Below are positions 1-9,937 of a stretch of 64,000 nt of DNA, one piece after another (position 1 is the stretch's first letter; each line of letters starts with the position of its first letter). A program made the translations under genes and the position numbers. The stretch lies in contig CAVQNG010000025.1 in the NCBI GenBank assembly GCA_963713825.1, positions 704,001-768,000 of the forward strand, read 5' to 3'. The stretch comes from an uncultured Acidobacteriota bacterium. Its GTDB lineage: Bacteria; Acidobacteriota; Thermoanaerobaculia; Multivoradales; JAHEKO01. The notes beneath the pieces were generated by a model that saw only the letters and a program-made list of their open reading frames with translations, was not told the origin of the DNA and did not search any database.

Positions 1-966
1 GGCGACAGTCTTTTCGCCAGGCTCGAGAGTGGCTAGCCCTACGCTGAACGACAGCGAGACCTGGCCATCCAAGAACTGGAGGCTGCCGAGGTGCTGTTCA
101 ACGCGTTCGGCGATCTCGCGAGCCTCCTGGGTAGGAGTTTCGGCAAGAATCGCCGCGAAGACCACGCCTCCGTAGCGTGATACCAGATCGGTGACGCGCA
201 GCGTCGTTCGCAAGGCGTCACTGATGGCGCGCACGCAGTGGTCCCCGCTCTCACGGCCGAAGCGCTCGTTGACGGTGTAGAAGTCGTCCGGGTTGATGAG
301 AAGCAGAGTCAACTGGGCGTCGCTGTCTTCGATCTCCTGGAACCGTTCGGCGAGAACGGCCTGGAACTCCTTGCGATCGGGCAGACCGGTCGTGGGATCC
401 TTGAGGATGGCGGAGACCTGACTGGTGTGGCTGGCCAGAGCGCCGCCCAGGGCGAACAGCCAATCCCACCAGTGCTCCGGATCCTTGGCCTTACGGAGGT
501 TACTGGGTAGGTAACTGCTGGCGAGGCGCTCCAGGACAGTGCCCTTACCGGCGGCGAAGCGAAGACCGATCCAGGCTCCCAGGAGAATGCTCCCCTTGCT
601 GTCTTGGGCGTCGGTGCGACGTCGGTTTCCCTCGTCGCCGAAGAGCGCTCCCAAGGTCCAGGGAGGTTCCACAGACGGCAGCGGCACGATTCCGGAGTCG
701 GCAGCCTGGCTGATGACGAGAGATGGGATTCCGGAGTTCTCCTCCTGCTCGCTATCCGAGCTGGCCCTGGCCATGTCGTTGGCGAACGCTTCTGCCGACT
801 CGAGGTCTTCGAGCTCCGGAACCGGTGGCGCCTCGCCGTCGTGGATCAGGACAGGCCGCGCCAGGCGACTCATGGGCGCCGGTATGAAGAGGCTGGCACA
901 CTCGGCGCCGCTGAGACGACGGATACCCTGGACGTAGGACCGTAGCAGTGCAGGTGCTTCAATCAT
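1..966 (-). CDS. GGDEF-domain protein with degenerate active site (3' end runs off the window)
   Basis: Not in the ORF track because it is truncated. Manual translation from ATG at 966 gives MIEAPALL...LKDPTTGLPDRKEF...LLLINPDDFYTVNERFGRESGD...LRVTDLVSRYGGVVF, a GGDEF-fold signature with GGVVF in place of GGDEF. Confidence 0.8.
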   Translation of the reverse strand, partial: MIEAPALLRSYVQGIRRLSGAECASLFIPAPMSRLARPVLIHDGEAPPVPELEDLESAEAFANDMARASSDSEQEENSGIPSLVISQAADSGIVPLPSVEPPWTLGALFGDEGNRRRTDAQDSKGSILLGAWIGLRFAAGKGTVLERLASSYLPSNLRKAKDPEHWWDWLFALGGALASHTSQVSAILKDPTTGLPDRKEFQAVLAERFQEIEDSDAQLTLLLINPDDFYTVNERFGRESGDHCVRAISDALRTTLRVTDLVSRYGGVVFAAILAETPTQEAREIAERVEQHLGSLQFLDGQVSLSFSVGLATLEPGEKTVA

Positions 967-1093
967 GATCAGATTCCTGGGCGGAAGAGAGGCGAAATTC
1001 GCACCAAAGTGGTGCATGCGCCACAATTTCGCCCGAGCGTAGCATGGCGCCAGCGACGCGACAGTCGAATATTTCGCAGTATTCCCCGGCCCG

Positions 1094-1981
1094 TCAGCGG
1101 TCGAGTATCCGCCCCAGCAGCCACCCGAGCAGGCTCAGCAGGGAACCCGAGCCTGCGACGCTCTCCGACCAGCCAGTGCCCAAGGTCGGCATCTGTCGGT
1201 CGAAATCGGCTCGACGCTCGAGATCGGCTTCCATCTCCTTGCGAAGGTGTTGGGCCTCGGATTCGCGTCCGGTGCGGATCCAACCCACAACCGCATCGAG
1301 CTCATTGGCATCGAACCACAGACCGTGGGGTCGGCAGCTGTCGAGAATGATGCCGCTCTTGCGACCGAAGTTCAATCGGTGCATCAGCTTGCCGCACACC
1401 GGGCAAGGACGATAGAGGCGAGCCTGGTCCCTCCCAGCTGTTGGAACGGTCTGCTTCGGGACCTTCTGATTCGATGTGAGCTCGGCGGCCAGGGAAGAGC
1501 TTCTCGCTCTCTCCATCAGGACCTGCGCCGTGTCCTTGGCCAGCCAGAGACCGGCGCAGCGAGGGCACTCGAGGACCGATACCGGGGGTTGGCCAAGCTC
1601 ACGACTGGTCAGGTGGACGGAGTCAGAGCACGCCGGGCATGGTGTCAGGCTCGGTTCTCCAGCTCTGCCGGCAGGTAGCAGCGGGGTAGCGCAGTGATGG
1701 CAGTAGCGGGCCTGGTCGCTGACGCGAGCCATGCACTCTGGGCAGATCGTGTGGAGGTCCCGTTCGTGAAGAGTGAAGTCCGCGTCGCAGAAACGGCAGG
1801 TGGCCGAGTCAGCCTGGCGGGGCGCTCCACACGCCGAGCAGCGCACCACCGCAGCGTCGTGAGGTGCTGGGATCGGAACTTCGAGAGTCTCGCTGCAAAG
1901 ACAACGGAATCGGTCTCCGGCCTGCAGCTTCCCGGCGTCGTATTGACGCTTGCAGGCAGGACATGAAACGAGAAGCCGCAT
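1094..1981 (-). CDS. Multi-zinc-ribbon protein (double zinc ribbon plus TFIIB-type zinc fingers)
   Basis: C-terminal 295 aa of ORF 1094..3346, starting MRLLVSCPAC. It has about ten Cys/His pairs and two 'C..C.GLW[LF]' motifs. The upstream part of the ORF is antisense to the MFP gene. Confidence 0.8.
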   Translation of the reverse strand: MRLLVSCPACKRQYDAGKLQAGDRFRCLCSETLEVPIPAPHDAAVVRCSACGAPRQADSATCRFCDADFTLHERDLHTICPECMARVSDQARYCHHCATPLLPAGRAGEPSLTPCPACSDSVHLTSRELGQPPVSVLECPRCAGLWLAKDTAQVLMERARSSSLAAELTSNQKVPKQTVPTAGRDQARLYRPCPVCGKLMHRLNFGRKSGIILDSCRPHGLWFDANELDAVVGWIRTGRESEAQHLRKEMEADLERRADFDRQMPTLGTGWSESVAGSGSLLSLLGWLLGRILDR

Positions 1982-2140
1982 GCAAGAAGGATGGTGCAAA
2001 CCAACTTTGGAGTCAATTGAATCCGTCAGTAGCGTCGAGAACCGGGAAGTCGACTGAAACAAACGGCGATTGCGATACGTAGAAACGAGCGTCGGAACCA
2101 ATACGCCAGAGCAATCCATGCCAGATCGACGGAGGCTGAC

Positions 2141-3340
2141 ATGACAGAGCGATACGAAGCGAAGAACGACACCGGAAGAGGCAAGAAGCTGTGGCGGTGG
2201 CTGTCGTTGACAGTTGCCGTTCTTCTGCTGGCCGCGGGCACAGTGACAATGATGAGCGTCAGGGCGGCCCGAGCCAATGAGGCCTCGACGGCGGAGGATA
2301 ACGCCGATACTTCCGAGACCGCTGAGGCGACCGCGGACTCTGGCGAGGAGAAAGAGGGCGAAGAGGAAGGTGACGACGCCAAGACGCCAGTGCCGGTCGA
2401 AGTAGCTGCGGTGTCGGAAGGCACGGTCTCCGCTTACATCAGTTCGACCGCCAATCTGGTAGCCGAGAACGAAGTCAAGGTCCTTTCGGAGGTCGAAGGA
2501 CGAGTTCTGACTTTGCGAGTCGAGGAAGGTGATTGGGTCAAGAACGGACAAGTGTTGGCCAGTCTGGTGCGAGACGATGAGCAGATCGCCTTCAAGAAGG
2601 CGCAGCTCAAGGAGACCAACGCGCGCGCCGCGTTCGATCGAGCCAAGGAGCTGGTGGACAGGGAGCTCATCAGTCGCGAAGAGTTCGACAAGCTGTCGAT
2701 CGACTATGAGATCGCTGGCCAGGAGCTCGCCGAAGCCGAATGGGCGCTGAAGAAGACCACCATCGTGGCGCCGTTCTCGGGCCGGGTCACGGCTCGTATG
2801 ACGCAGCTGGGCCAACATGTTCGCCCGGGTGACGAGCTCTTTCAGGTCACCGATTTCAATCCGCTCATTGCTCGCATTTATCTGCCAGAGAGGGATGTTC
2901 TGGGACTGGAGGAAGGTCGCACCGTGCAGATTCGCCTCGATGCCGCCGACCAGGTGTCTTTCGCTGGTCGGATACGCCAGATCAGCCCGGTGGTCGACAC
3001 GTCGACCGGCACGGTCAAGCTGACCGTGGAAGCCACGGAGCCACCCAAAGAGGTGCGCCCCGGCAGCTTCGTCACGGTGAACATCGTGCGCGAGACCCAC
3101 CCGGAAGCGTTGCTCGTGCGTCGCGAGGCGGTGCTCCGAGAGCTGCAAAAGGCTCACGTCTTTGTGGCCGAGGACGATATCGCCGAGAAGAGGTCGGTGA
3201 CGCTGGGTCTCGAGGAGGGCGACCTGATCGAGGTGATCTCCGGTGTCGAGGCCGGTGACCAGGTCATCGTCGCCGGTCAGGGCGGCCTGAAGGACGGTTC
3301 CGCCGTCAAGATCCTGATTGCAGACGCCAACGCCGGATAG
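2141..3340 (+). CDS. RND efflux periplasmic adaptor (membrane fusion protein)
   Basis: N-terminal TM segment, lipoyl-like VEEGDWVKNGQVL, APFSGRV, ISPVVDTSTGT; directly upstream of RND permeases. Confidence 0.95.
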   Translation: MTERYEAKNDTGRGKKLWRWLSLTVAVLLLAAGTVTMMSVRAARANEASTAEDNADTSETAEATADSGEEKEGEEEGDDAKTPVPVEVAAVSEGTVSAYISSTANLVAENEVKVLSEVEGRVLTLRVEEGDWVKNGQVLASLVRDDEQIAFKKAQLKETNARAAFDRAKELVDRELISREEFDKLSIDYEIAGQELAEAEWALKKTTIVAPFSGRVTARMTQLGQHVRPGDELFQVTDFNPLIARIYLPERDVLGLEEGRTVQIRLDAADQVSFAGRIRQISPVVDTSTGTVKLTVEATEPPKEVRPGSFVTVNIVRETHPEALLVRREAVLRELQKAHVFVAEDDIAEKRSVTLGLEEGDLIEVISGVEAGDQVIVAGQGGLKDGSAVKILIADANAG

Positions 3341-3351
3341 GTTCACAGACC

Positions 3352-6300
3352 ATGCGACTCGTTGATTTTTCCCTGCACCGTCGGGTGACGGTCTCGATGG
3401 TTGCTGTCGCCCTCGTTCTGTTCGGCCTGGTCGCTTTCGGCCGGCTCTCCATCAATCTGCTGCCGGATCTTTCGTATCCGAGCCTGACTGTGGAGACCAA
3501 GCTCTCCGGTGCTGCACCGGCCGAGATGGAGTCCCTGGTCTCCCGCCCCATCGAGGAGTCGGTCGGCATCGTCTCCGGAGTGAAGCGCCTGACTTCAGTC
3601 TCACGTCCTGGGTTGTCGCAGGTGACGATGGAGTTCGAGTGGGGCCGCAACATGGACTTCGCGTCGCTCGATGTGCGACAGAAGCTCGATGTCGTGAGGC
3701 TCCCCCGGGACGTGACAAAGCCCGTGGTGCTGCGCTTCGATCCCACGAACGATCCGATTCTGCGTCTCTACCTGCAAGGGTCGGATGACCTCTTCCAGCT
3801 GCGATATGTGGCGGAGGAGGTGCTCAAAAAGGACCTGGAGTCGACCGAAGGCGTGGCCGCGATCAAAGTCAACGGTGGCTATGAGGAGGAGATCCAGGTC
3901 CGGGTAGACGAAGGGAAACTGGCGCTCCTGGGCCTCAGCATCCAGGATGTGAACGAGACGCTGCTGAAGGAGAACGTCAATCAGGCTGGTGGCAGTCTCT
4001 ACGAGGAGGAAGCCCGCTACCTGGTGCGCTCGAACAACGAGTTCGTGGACCTGGAGGACATCATGGAAACGGTCCTCCTGGCCCAGGATGGGCGGGTGGT
4101 CCGGGTGGCGGATGTCGGAGAAGTGACCCGCGGCCACAAGCAGCGCGAAGTCATTACCCGATTCGACGGCCAGGAGGCAGTGGAGCTGGCGATCTACAAG
4201 GAAGGTGACGCCAACACCGTCCAGGTCGCCAAAGCAGTCGAGGGTCGCCTCGAGAGCATCTCCAAGGAGCTTCCAGAAGGCATCGAAGTCGTCACGGGGC
4301 TGGACCAGTCCGAGTTCATCCAGGCCTCGATTCGGGAGGTCCTGAGCAACGCGTTCTTGGGTGGCGGAATCGCCATTCTGGTCCTGCTCTTCTTCCTCAA
4401 AGATGCGCGCAGCACCCTGATCATCGGAGTTTCCATCCCGATCTCGGTGGTCGCTACCTTCTTCCTGATGTATCGCACCGGCACCTCGCTCAACATCATG
4501 TCTCTCGGTGGCCTGGCCCTCGGTGTCGGCATGCTGGTGGACAACGCTATTGTGGTGTTGGAGTCCATCTTCAAGCACCGCGAAGCGGGGGCTTCGGCTT
4601 TCGAAGCCGCACGCGCTGGAGCATCGGAAGTCGGCCGAGCGGTGGCGGCTTCGACACTGACCACAGTCGCTGTCTTCTTGCCGGTTGTCTTTCTGCAGGG
4701 AATCGCGGCACAGCTCTTTCGCGATATGGCGTTGACTGTCTCGTTTGCGCTCATCGCCTCGCTGGCCGTGGCCCTGACCCTCATCCCCATGATGTCGGCA
4801 CTGGCCGGCGGCAGCCCGGCCGAGAGTGTTGGGGTGGTGGCTGCAGCGCAGCCGGAAGGCAAACTGCGCCGATTCTTCCGCCTGGTGTTTCTCGGTCTGC
4901 CGTCCCTTCTGGTGCGTGGCATCCGCTTCGTGCTGCGTTGGGTCGGTAAGGGGCTGGCTCTGCTGGCACTTCCTCTGTCGAAGGCCTTCGACAAGACTCT
5001 GGGCGCGATCGCGGCGGCCTACCCACATATTTTGCGGGGCGCTCTGCGGACGCGTCTGGTTGTCCTCGCCATCGTGCTGGTGGCTTTCGCGGGCTCGATC
5101 TGGATGATTCCGCGACTCGGATTCGATCTCGTCCCGACGCTGTCGCAGGGCGAGTTCAGCTTTCTGGTGGAGCTTCCAGAAGGGACTCCGCTCGAAATCA
5201 CCGATCGCTTCATCAACGATGTGGAGTTGGTGCTGGATGGCAATGACCTGGTCGCTTCCCACTCCTCGATGGCGGGTGGCAGGGGACTGTCTCTCACCAA
5301 CACCGGAACCGAGGGTGAGAATGCGGGTCGCATCCAGGTACGGATGGCCGATGGCACGACGCCGGAGCAGGAATCCAGTGTCATCAGTGAGCTTCGGGAT
5401 GAGCTCGAGATCTCCGGTCTGGCGCGCTTCAAATTCGAGCGGCCGACCTTCTTCAGTTTTCGGACTCCGATCGAGGTGGAGGTCTACAGTGACAATCTGG
5501 CCGAGCTGCACCTCGCCACCGCCGAGCTCAAGGAGCGCATCGACCAGATTCCGGGTCTGGTGGACGTCAAGTCCTCGGCGGAGTTGGGCAATCCCGAGCT
5601 GCAGATCGCCTTCGATCGCAACCAACTCTCTCAGCTCGGGCTCAATCTGGGCGATGTGGCGGACACCCTGCGAAAGAAGGTGCAAGGTGACGTAGCCACG
5701 CGCTTCACCGAGGGCGACCGGGAGATCGACATCGTGGTGCGCTCGGTGGATCTCGGGCAGGCTTCGGTCGGTGACGTCAACAACTTCATCATCGCTCAAC
5801 GAGACAATGTTCCGATCTATCTGAAGTCCGTGGCCAAGGTCAACCTGGTCGAGGGCCCGAGCGAGATTCGACGCATCGGCCAGAAACGAACCGGGGTGAT
5901 CTCGGGGAATCTGGCGGGGCGTGACATGGGGGCTGTGGCGGCGGATGTCCGGGCAGTTCTGGCCGAAACCCCCTTGCCGGCCGGCGTCACCGCAGCCCTG
6001 AGCGGACAGGAGGAAGAACGGACCGAGGCCGTCCGCTCGCTGATGATGGCCATGGCGCTGGCAGTGTTCCTGGTCTATCTGGTGATGGCATCGCAGTTCG
6101 AGTCGTTTCTGCATCCCTTCATCATCATCTTCACCCTGCCGCTGGGAGCCATCGGGGTCATCGGTGCCCTGGCGATCACCGGTCGATCGATCAATATCGT
6201 CGCCATGATCGGGGCGGTGATGCTGGCCGGAATCGTCGTCAACAACGCCATCGTGTTGGTAGATGCCGTCAATCAGCGGCGTCGGTCCGGCATGGGGCGC

Positions 6301-6603
6301 ACCGAGGCCCTGGTCAGTGCGGGCAGCGATCGACTCAGGCCGATCCTCATGACCTCGGCGACGACCATTCTCGGACTCCTGCCGATGGCGTTGGGTCTTG
6401 GCGAGGGGGCCGAGCTGAGAGCTCCCCTGGCAATCACCGTTATCGGTGGCCTCAGTGTCGCCACGGTGCTGACGCTGGTCGTCATCCCAGTGGTCTACTC
6501 CCTGGTCGATCGTCGGCCCGACACGGTAGCCGACGTCGAGCTGGCCGCAGACTCGGAGGCTATTGATGGCTTGGTCGTGCAGCCTGTCGGAGAAACGAGC
6601 TGA
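3352..6603 (+). CDS. RND efflux permease (AcrB/AcrD/AcrF family), subunit 1
   Basis: 1083 aa; GMLVDNAIVVLE, GIVVNNAIVLVD and RLRPILMT motifs. Confidence 0.96.
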   Translation: MRLVDFSLHRRVTVSMVAVALVLFGLVAFGRLSINLLPDLSYPSLTVETKLSGAAPAEMESLVSRPIEESVGIVSGVKRLTSVSRPGLSQVTMEFEWGRNMDFASLDVRQKLDVVRLPRDVTKPVVLRFDPTNDPILRLYLQGSDDLFQLRYVAEEVLKKDLESTEGVAAIKVNGGYEEEIQVRVDEGKLALLGLSIQDVNETLLKENVNQAGGSLYEEEARYLVRSNNEFVDLEDIMETVLLAQDGRVVRVADVGEVTRGHKQREVITRFDGQEAVELAIYKEGDANTVQVAKAVEGRLESISKELPEGIEVVTGLDQSEFIQASIREVLSNAFLGGGIAILVLLFFLKDARSTLIIGVSIPISVVATFFLMYRTGTSLNIMSLGGLALGVGMLVDNAIVVLESIFKHREAGASAFEAARAGASEVGRAVAASTLTTVAVFLPVVFLQGIAAQLFRDMALTVSFALIASLAVALTLIPMMSALAGGSPAESVGVVAAAQPEGKLRRFFRLVFLGLPSLLVRGIRFVLRWVGKGLALLALPLSKAFDKTLGAIAAAYPHILRGALRTRLVVLAIVLVAFAGSIWMIPRLGFDLVPTLSQGEFSFLVELPEGTPLEITDRFINDVELVLDGNDLVASHSSMAGGRGLSLTNTGTEGENAGRIQVRMADGTTPEQESSVISELRDELEISGLARFKFERPTFFSFRTPIEVEVYSDNLAELHLATAELKERIDQIPGLVDVKSSAELGNPELQIAFDRNQLSQLGLNLGDVADTLRKKVQGDVATRFTEGDREIDIVVRSVDLGQASVGDVNNFIIAQRDNVPIYLKSVAKVNLVEGPSEIRRIGQKRTGVISGNLAGRDMGAVAADVRAVLAETPLPAGVTAALSGQEEERTEAVRSLMMAMALAVFLVYLVMASQFESFLHPFIIIFTLPLGAIGVIGALAITGRSINIVAMIGAVMLAGIVVNNAIVLVDAVNQRRRSGMGRTEALVSAGSDRLRPILMTSATTILGLLPMALGLGEGAELRAPLAITVIGGLSVATVLTLVVIPVVYSLVDRRPDTVADVELAADSEAIDGLVVQPVGETS

Positions 6604-9600
6604 TGAAGTTCTCGCACCTGGCGGTCAACCGACCGATTACAACAGCGATGTTGCTGATCAGTGTTCTGGTGATCGGCGGTATCGCCATCGCGCGCATGCC
6701 GCTGGCGTATCTTCCCGAGGTCGACGTTCCCTTCATCGGTGTACAGATCCCCTACCCGAACTCCAATCCCAAAGAGATCGAGAAGGAGATCGTCAAGCCG
6801 GTCGAGGAAGTTCTGTCGACGCTGTCGGGAGTCAAGACACTCAATGGCACGGCCAGCGCCGACCAGGCCGAGTTCTTCCTGGAATTCGACTGGGGCAACG
6901 AGTTGGACATCGTTCGCATGCAGGTCAGCGAGAAGATGGACCAGATCAAGCCGGAGCTGCCCCAAGACATCGGCGACGTCGTCATCTTCTCCTTCAATAC
7001 CAGCGACATCCCGGTTGTGCAGGCGCGACTCTCGGCGCAAGGCGTCGACCTGTCAGAGAACTACGAGCTCATCGAAGCCCGCATCCTGAACCGCATTCGG
7101 CGGGTGCCGGGTGTGGCCAGGGTGACGCTGGAGGGGGTCGAGCCGCGAGAGATCTTCATCGATCTGATCCTCGACAGAGTCAAGGAGCACAACGTCGATG
7201 TCGGTGCTCTGATCGACCAACTGCGAGGCGCTTCGTCCAACCTGGTCCTGGGGCAGATCGAGGATGGTGGACTGCGATTCAATGCCAGGGCTCTCGGTGA
7301 GTTCACCTCGGTGGAGGAGCTCAGCAATCTGATCATCAACGATCAGGGCTTGAGAGTCAGCGACATTGCCGAGATCAGCTACGAAGAGCCGCCCTATCCG
7401 CATGGGCGTCATCTCGATCGACAGTTCGCGGTGGCCTTGGAGGTCTATAAGGAGTCCACCGGCAATACGGTCGATGTCGTGCGCAGTGTGATGGCAGTGA
7501 TCCAGAACGACATCAACAACGATCCGTTGCTGCAAGGGGTCACACTCTTCGTCTTCGAGGACCAGGAAGAGGAGATCTCCGGTGGCCTCCAGGGTCTCCT
7601 GAAAGCAGGGAACATCGGTGCCCTGTTGGCGATGTTCAGTCTCTACTTCTTCCTGCGGCGCTTCGACTCGACACTCATCGTCTCCATGTCCATCCCGTTT
7701 TCGATCATTGCTGCCTGCGGCCTGATGTACTTCATGGGCAAGAGCCTCAACGTCCTGTCGATGATGGGGCTCATGTTGGCGGTCGGTATGCTGGTGGACA
7801 ACGCCGTCGTGGTCCTGGAATCCATCGACCGGATCCACCGATCCGAACCGGACCGCAAGAAGGCGGCCAAGATCGGGGCCGACCAGGTGGCCATCGCTGT
7901 CTCGGCCTCGACCCTCACCACGCTCATCGTCTTCTTGCCCCTGATCGTCGGCGCCAAGGTGCAACTCACCACTTGGCTGGGAGAGATTGGAATTGCCATT
8001 GCCATTGCTTTGGCCTGCTCCCTGTTTTCGTCGTTGACCCTGATTCCACTCATGTCGGCCCATTTTCTCGGCCGCAAGAAGCCGCAGCCGGTCAAATCCG
8101 TCACCTGGCTCGAAGATCGGTACGTCTCCCTGCTGGGTTGGACCTTGCATCACAAGGTCAAGACTCTCGGGTTGCTGCTTCTCGTGCTCGGTATCGGCCT
8201 GGTGCCGTTCTTTACAGGCATGGTCGAGTCGGCAATCTTTTCTGGTGCGGTCAACACAAGACTCTTCCTGCAGTACGAGTTTGCTGACTTCACCTACAAG
8301 TTGGATGCCGAGAGGGTCGTGGACCAGGTAGAGGAGGTCCTCGATGAGCACCGCGAGGAGTTCCTCATCGAATCCATCTACAGCTACTTCGCCGAGAATC
8401 GAGCTGAAACCTCACTCGTCCTGAATCGTCAGGACCTCGATGATGACGCTATCAAGGAGTTGCGCCAGAAGGTCAGGGAGGCATTGCCTGAGATTGCTGG
8501 AGTCAAGCTCTACTTCGACGACGAGGAGGACGAGGGAGGCAGCACGACCTACTTTGCGGTCAAGCTCTTCGGTCAGGACACGGATGTGCTCGAGAGCTTC
8601 GCTACCGAGGCGGCCAGGCGTGTGGAGACGCTCGAAGGCGTGCAGGATATTCGGACCTCGTTCCGCGACTCGCAGCGCGAGATCCAGGTCAAGATCGATC
8701 GCGACAAGGCCCAGCGTCTCGGGTTGACGGCCCAGGACCTGGCCGACATCTTCTCGTTCAGCCTCGGCTCGATGCGGCTGCCGCGCTTCAATGCCGGCGA
8801 GCGCGAGGTCGATACCTGGTTGGCACTGCGATTGGAAGACCGTCAGAACCTGGAGGACTTGAGGCAGATCCAGATCGGTGGCGGCAACGGCCAGAGTCCC
8901 TTCGTACTGGGCGATATCGCAAGTTTCGAGGTCGTCCCGCGACCCAAGGAGATCGTGCGCGAGAACCGCAAGGTCAGGGTCGCAGTGCGCGGCACCTACG
9001 AAGGAGAGGACTGGGAGGAGACCCAGGAAGAGATGGCCGGTTTGATGGATGCCTTCGACTTGCCACCCGGCTATTCCTGGTCATGGGGCGACCGCATCAT
9101 CGAGCAGCAGGATCAGAACTCACAGATGGGAATCAACTTCCTGTTGGCGTTGGTGCTGGTCTATCTGGTCATGGCGTCGCTGTTCGAGTCCCTGGCGCAG
9201 CCGTTCGCCATCTTGTTCTCGATCCCGTTCGCTCTACCTGGTGTGGCCTGGATGCTGGCTCTGACCGGCACCACTTTCAATCTCATGGGGCAGATCGGCT
9301 TGCTGATCCTGATGGGAATCGTCGTCAACAACGGCATCGTCCTGTTGGATCACATCAACCGGCTTCGACGTACGGGTCTCGAGAGGGACCAGGCAATTCT
9401 GCAAGCGGGTCGCGACCGTCTGCGTCCGATCCTGATGACTGCGGCAACGACGATCATCGGCCTGCTGCCCCTGGCTCTCCGCGGCCCGAATACGGCCGGC
9501 ATCTTCTACTACCCGCTGGCCAGGACCGTCATGGGAGGACTGATGTCTTCGGCGGTGCTGACCCTCGTGGTGCTGCCCTACGTCATGATCGGAGTCGAAG

Positions 9601-9716
9601 GCGTTGCCCATTGGGCGAAGCGGGTGTGGAGAGGTTCCGGAATGCGGCGGCTTGCGGCGACCTCGGACGGTGATGGACCTGCCACCGAGCCAGCGGTTGT
9701 GCTACCGGGGAACTAG
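6603..9716 (+). CDS. RND efflux permease (AcrB/AcrD/AcrF family), subunit 2
   Basis: 1037 aa; GMLVDNAVVVLE and RLRPILMT motifs; TGATG overlap with the previous gene. Confidence 0.96.
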   Translation: MKFSHLAVNRPITTAMLLISVLVIGGIAIARMPLAYLPEVDVPFIGVQIPYPNSNPKEIEKEIVKPVEEVLSTLSGVKTLNGTASADQAEFFLEFDWGNELDIVRMQVSEKMDQIKPELPQDIGDVVIFSFNTSDIPVVQARLSAQGVDLSENYELIEARILNRIRRVPGVARVTLEGVEPREIFIDLILDRVKEHNVDVGALIDQLRGASSNLVLGQIEDGGLRFNARALGEFTSVEELSNLIINDQGLRVSDIAEISYEEPPYPHGRHLDRQFAVALEVYKESTGNTVDVVRSVMAVIQNDINNDPLLQGVTLFVFEDQEEEISGGLQGLLKAGNIGALLAMFSLYFFLRRFDSTLIVSMSIPFSIIAACGLMYFMGKSLNVLSMMGLMLAVGMLVDNAVVVLESIDRIHRSEPDRKKAAKIGADQVAIAVSASTLTTLIVFLPLIVGAKVQLTTWLGEIGIAIAIALACSLFSSLTLIPLMSAHFLGRKKPQPVKSVTWLEDRYVSLLGWTLHHKVKTLGLLLLVLGIGLVPFFTGMVESAIFSGAVNTRLFLQYEFADFTYKLDAERVVDQVEEVLDEHREEFLIESIYSYFAENRAETSLVLNRQDLDDDAIKELRQKVREALPEIAGVKLYFDDEEDEGGSTTYFAVKLFGQDTDVLESFATEAARRVETLEGVQDIRTSFRDSQREIQVKIDRDKAQRLGLTAQDLADIFSFSLGSMRLPRFNAGEREVDTWLALRLEDRQNLEDLRQIQIGGGNGQSPFVLGDIASFEVVPRPKEIVRENRKVRVAVRGTYEGEDWEETQEEMAGLMDAFDLPPGYSWSWGDRIIEQQDQNSQMGINFLLALVLVYLVMASLFESLAQPFAILFSIPFALPGVAWMLALTGTTFNLMGQIGLLILMGIVVNNGIVLLDHINRLRRTGLERDQAILQAGRDRLRPILMTAATTIIGLLPLALRGPNTAGIFYYPLARTVMGGLMSSAVLTLVVLPYVMIGVEGVAHWAKRVWRGSGMRRLAATSDGDGPATEPAVVLPGN

Positions 9717-9937
9717 ACGAGAGCTCTTCTATTTCGGTCGATCGATGAAAGATCTGGCTGCCGGGCCGCGGACGGTCATCCCCTTTCCCTGGTTCGAGAC
9801 CTGCCTATTGTCCTGGCGCCAGATCTTTCATCGATCGACCCTCGTCTCTCGATCGCGGCTGACGTCACACCGCACGAGGTTTCTTCGCATGGCGGCCTGA
9901 CGCCGCCGCAACGGCGCGGGGATATACTACCGGCCAC

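Noticed and set aside
1982-3346. N-terminal ~455 aa of the 750-aa ORF 1094..3346 (-)
   Set aside because: Mostly an antisense shadow of the MFP gene; only the part from Met 1981 looks like real protein.
3601-6114. 837-aa minus ORF and similar long antisense ORFs (7053..8351, 24914..26278, 27905..29416, 31773..33029, 32656..34008, 54555..55850)
   Set aside because: Opposite well-supported genes, no motifs; expected from GC-rich codon bias.
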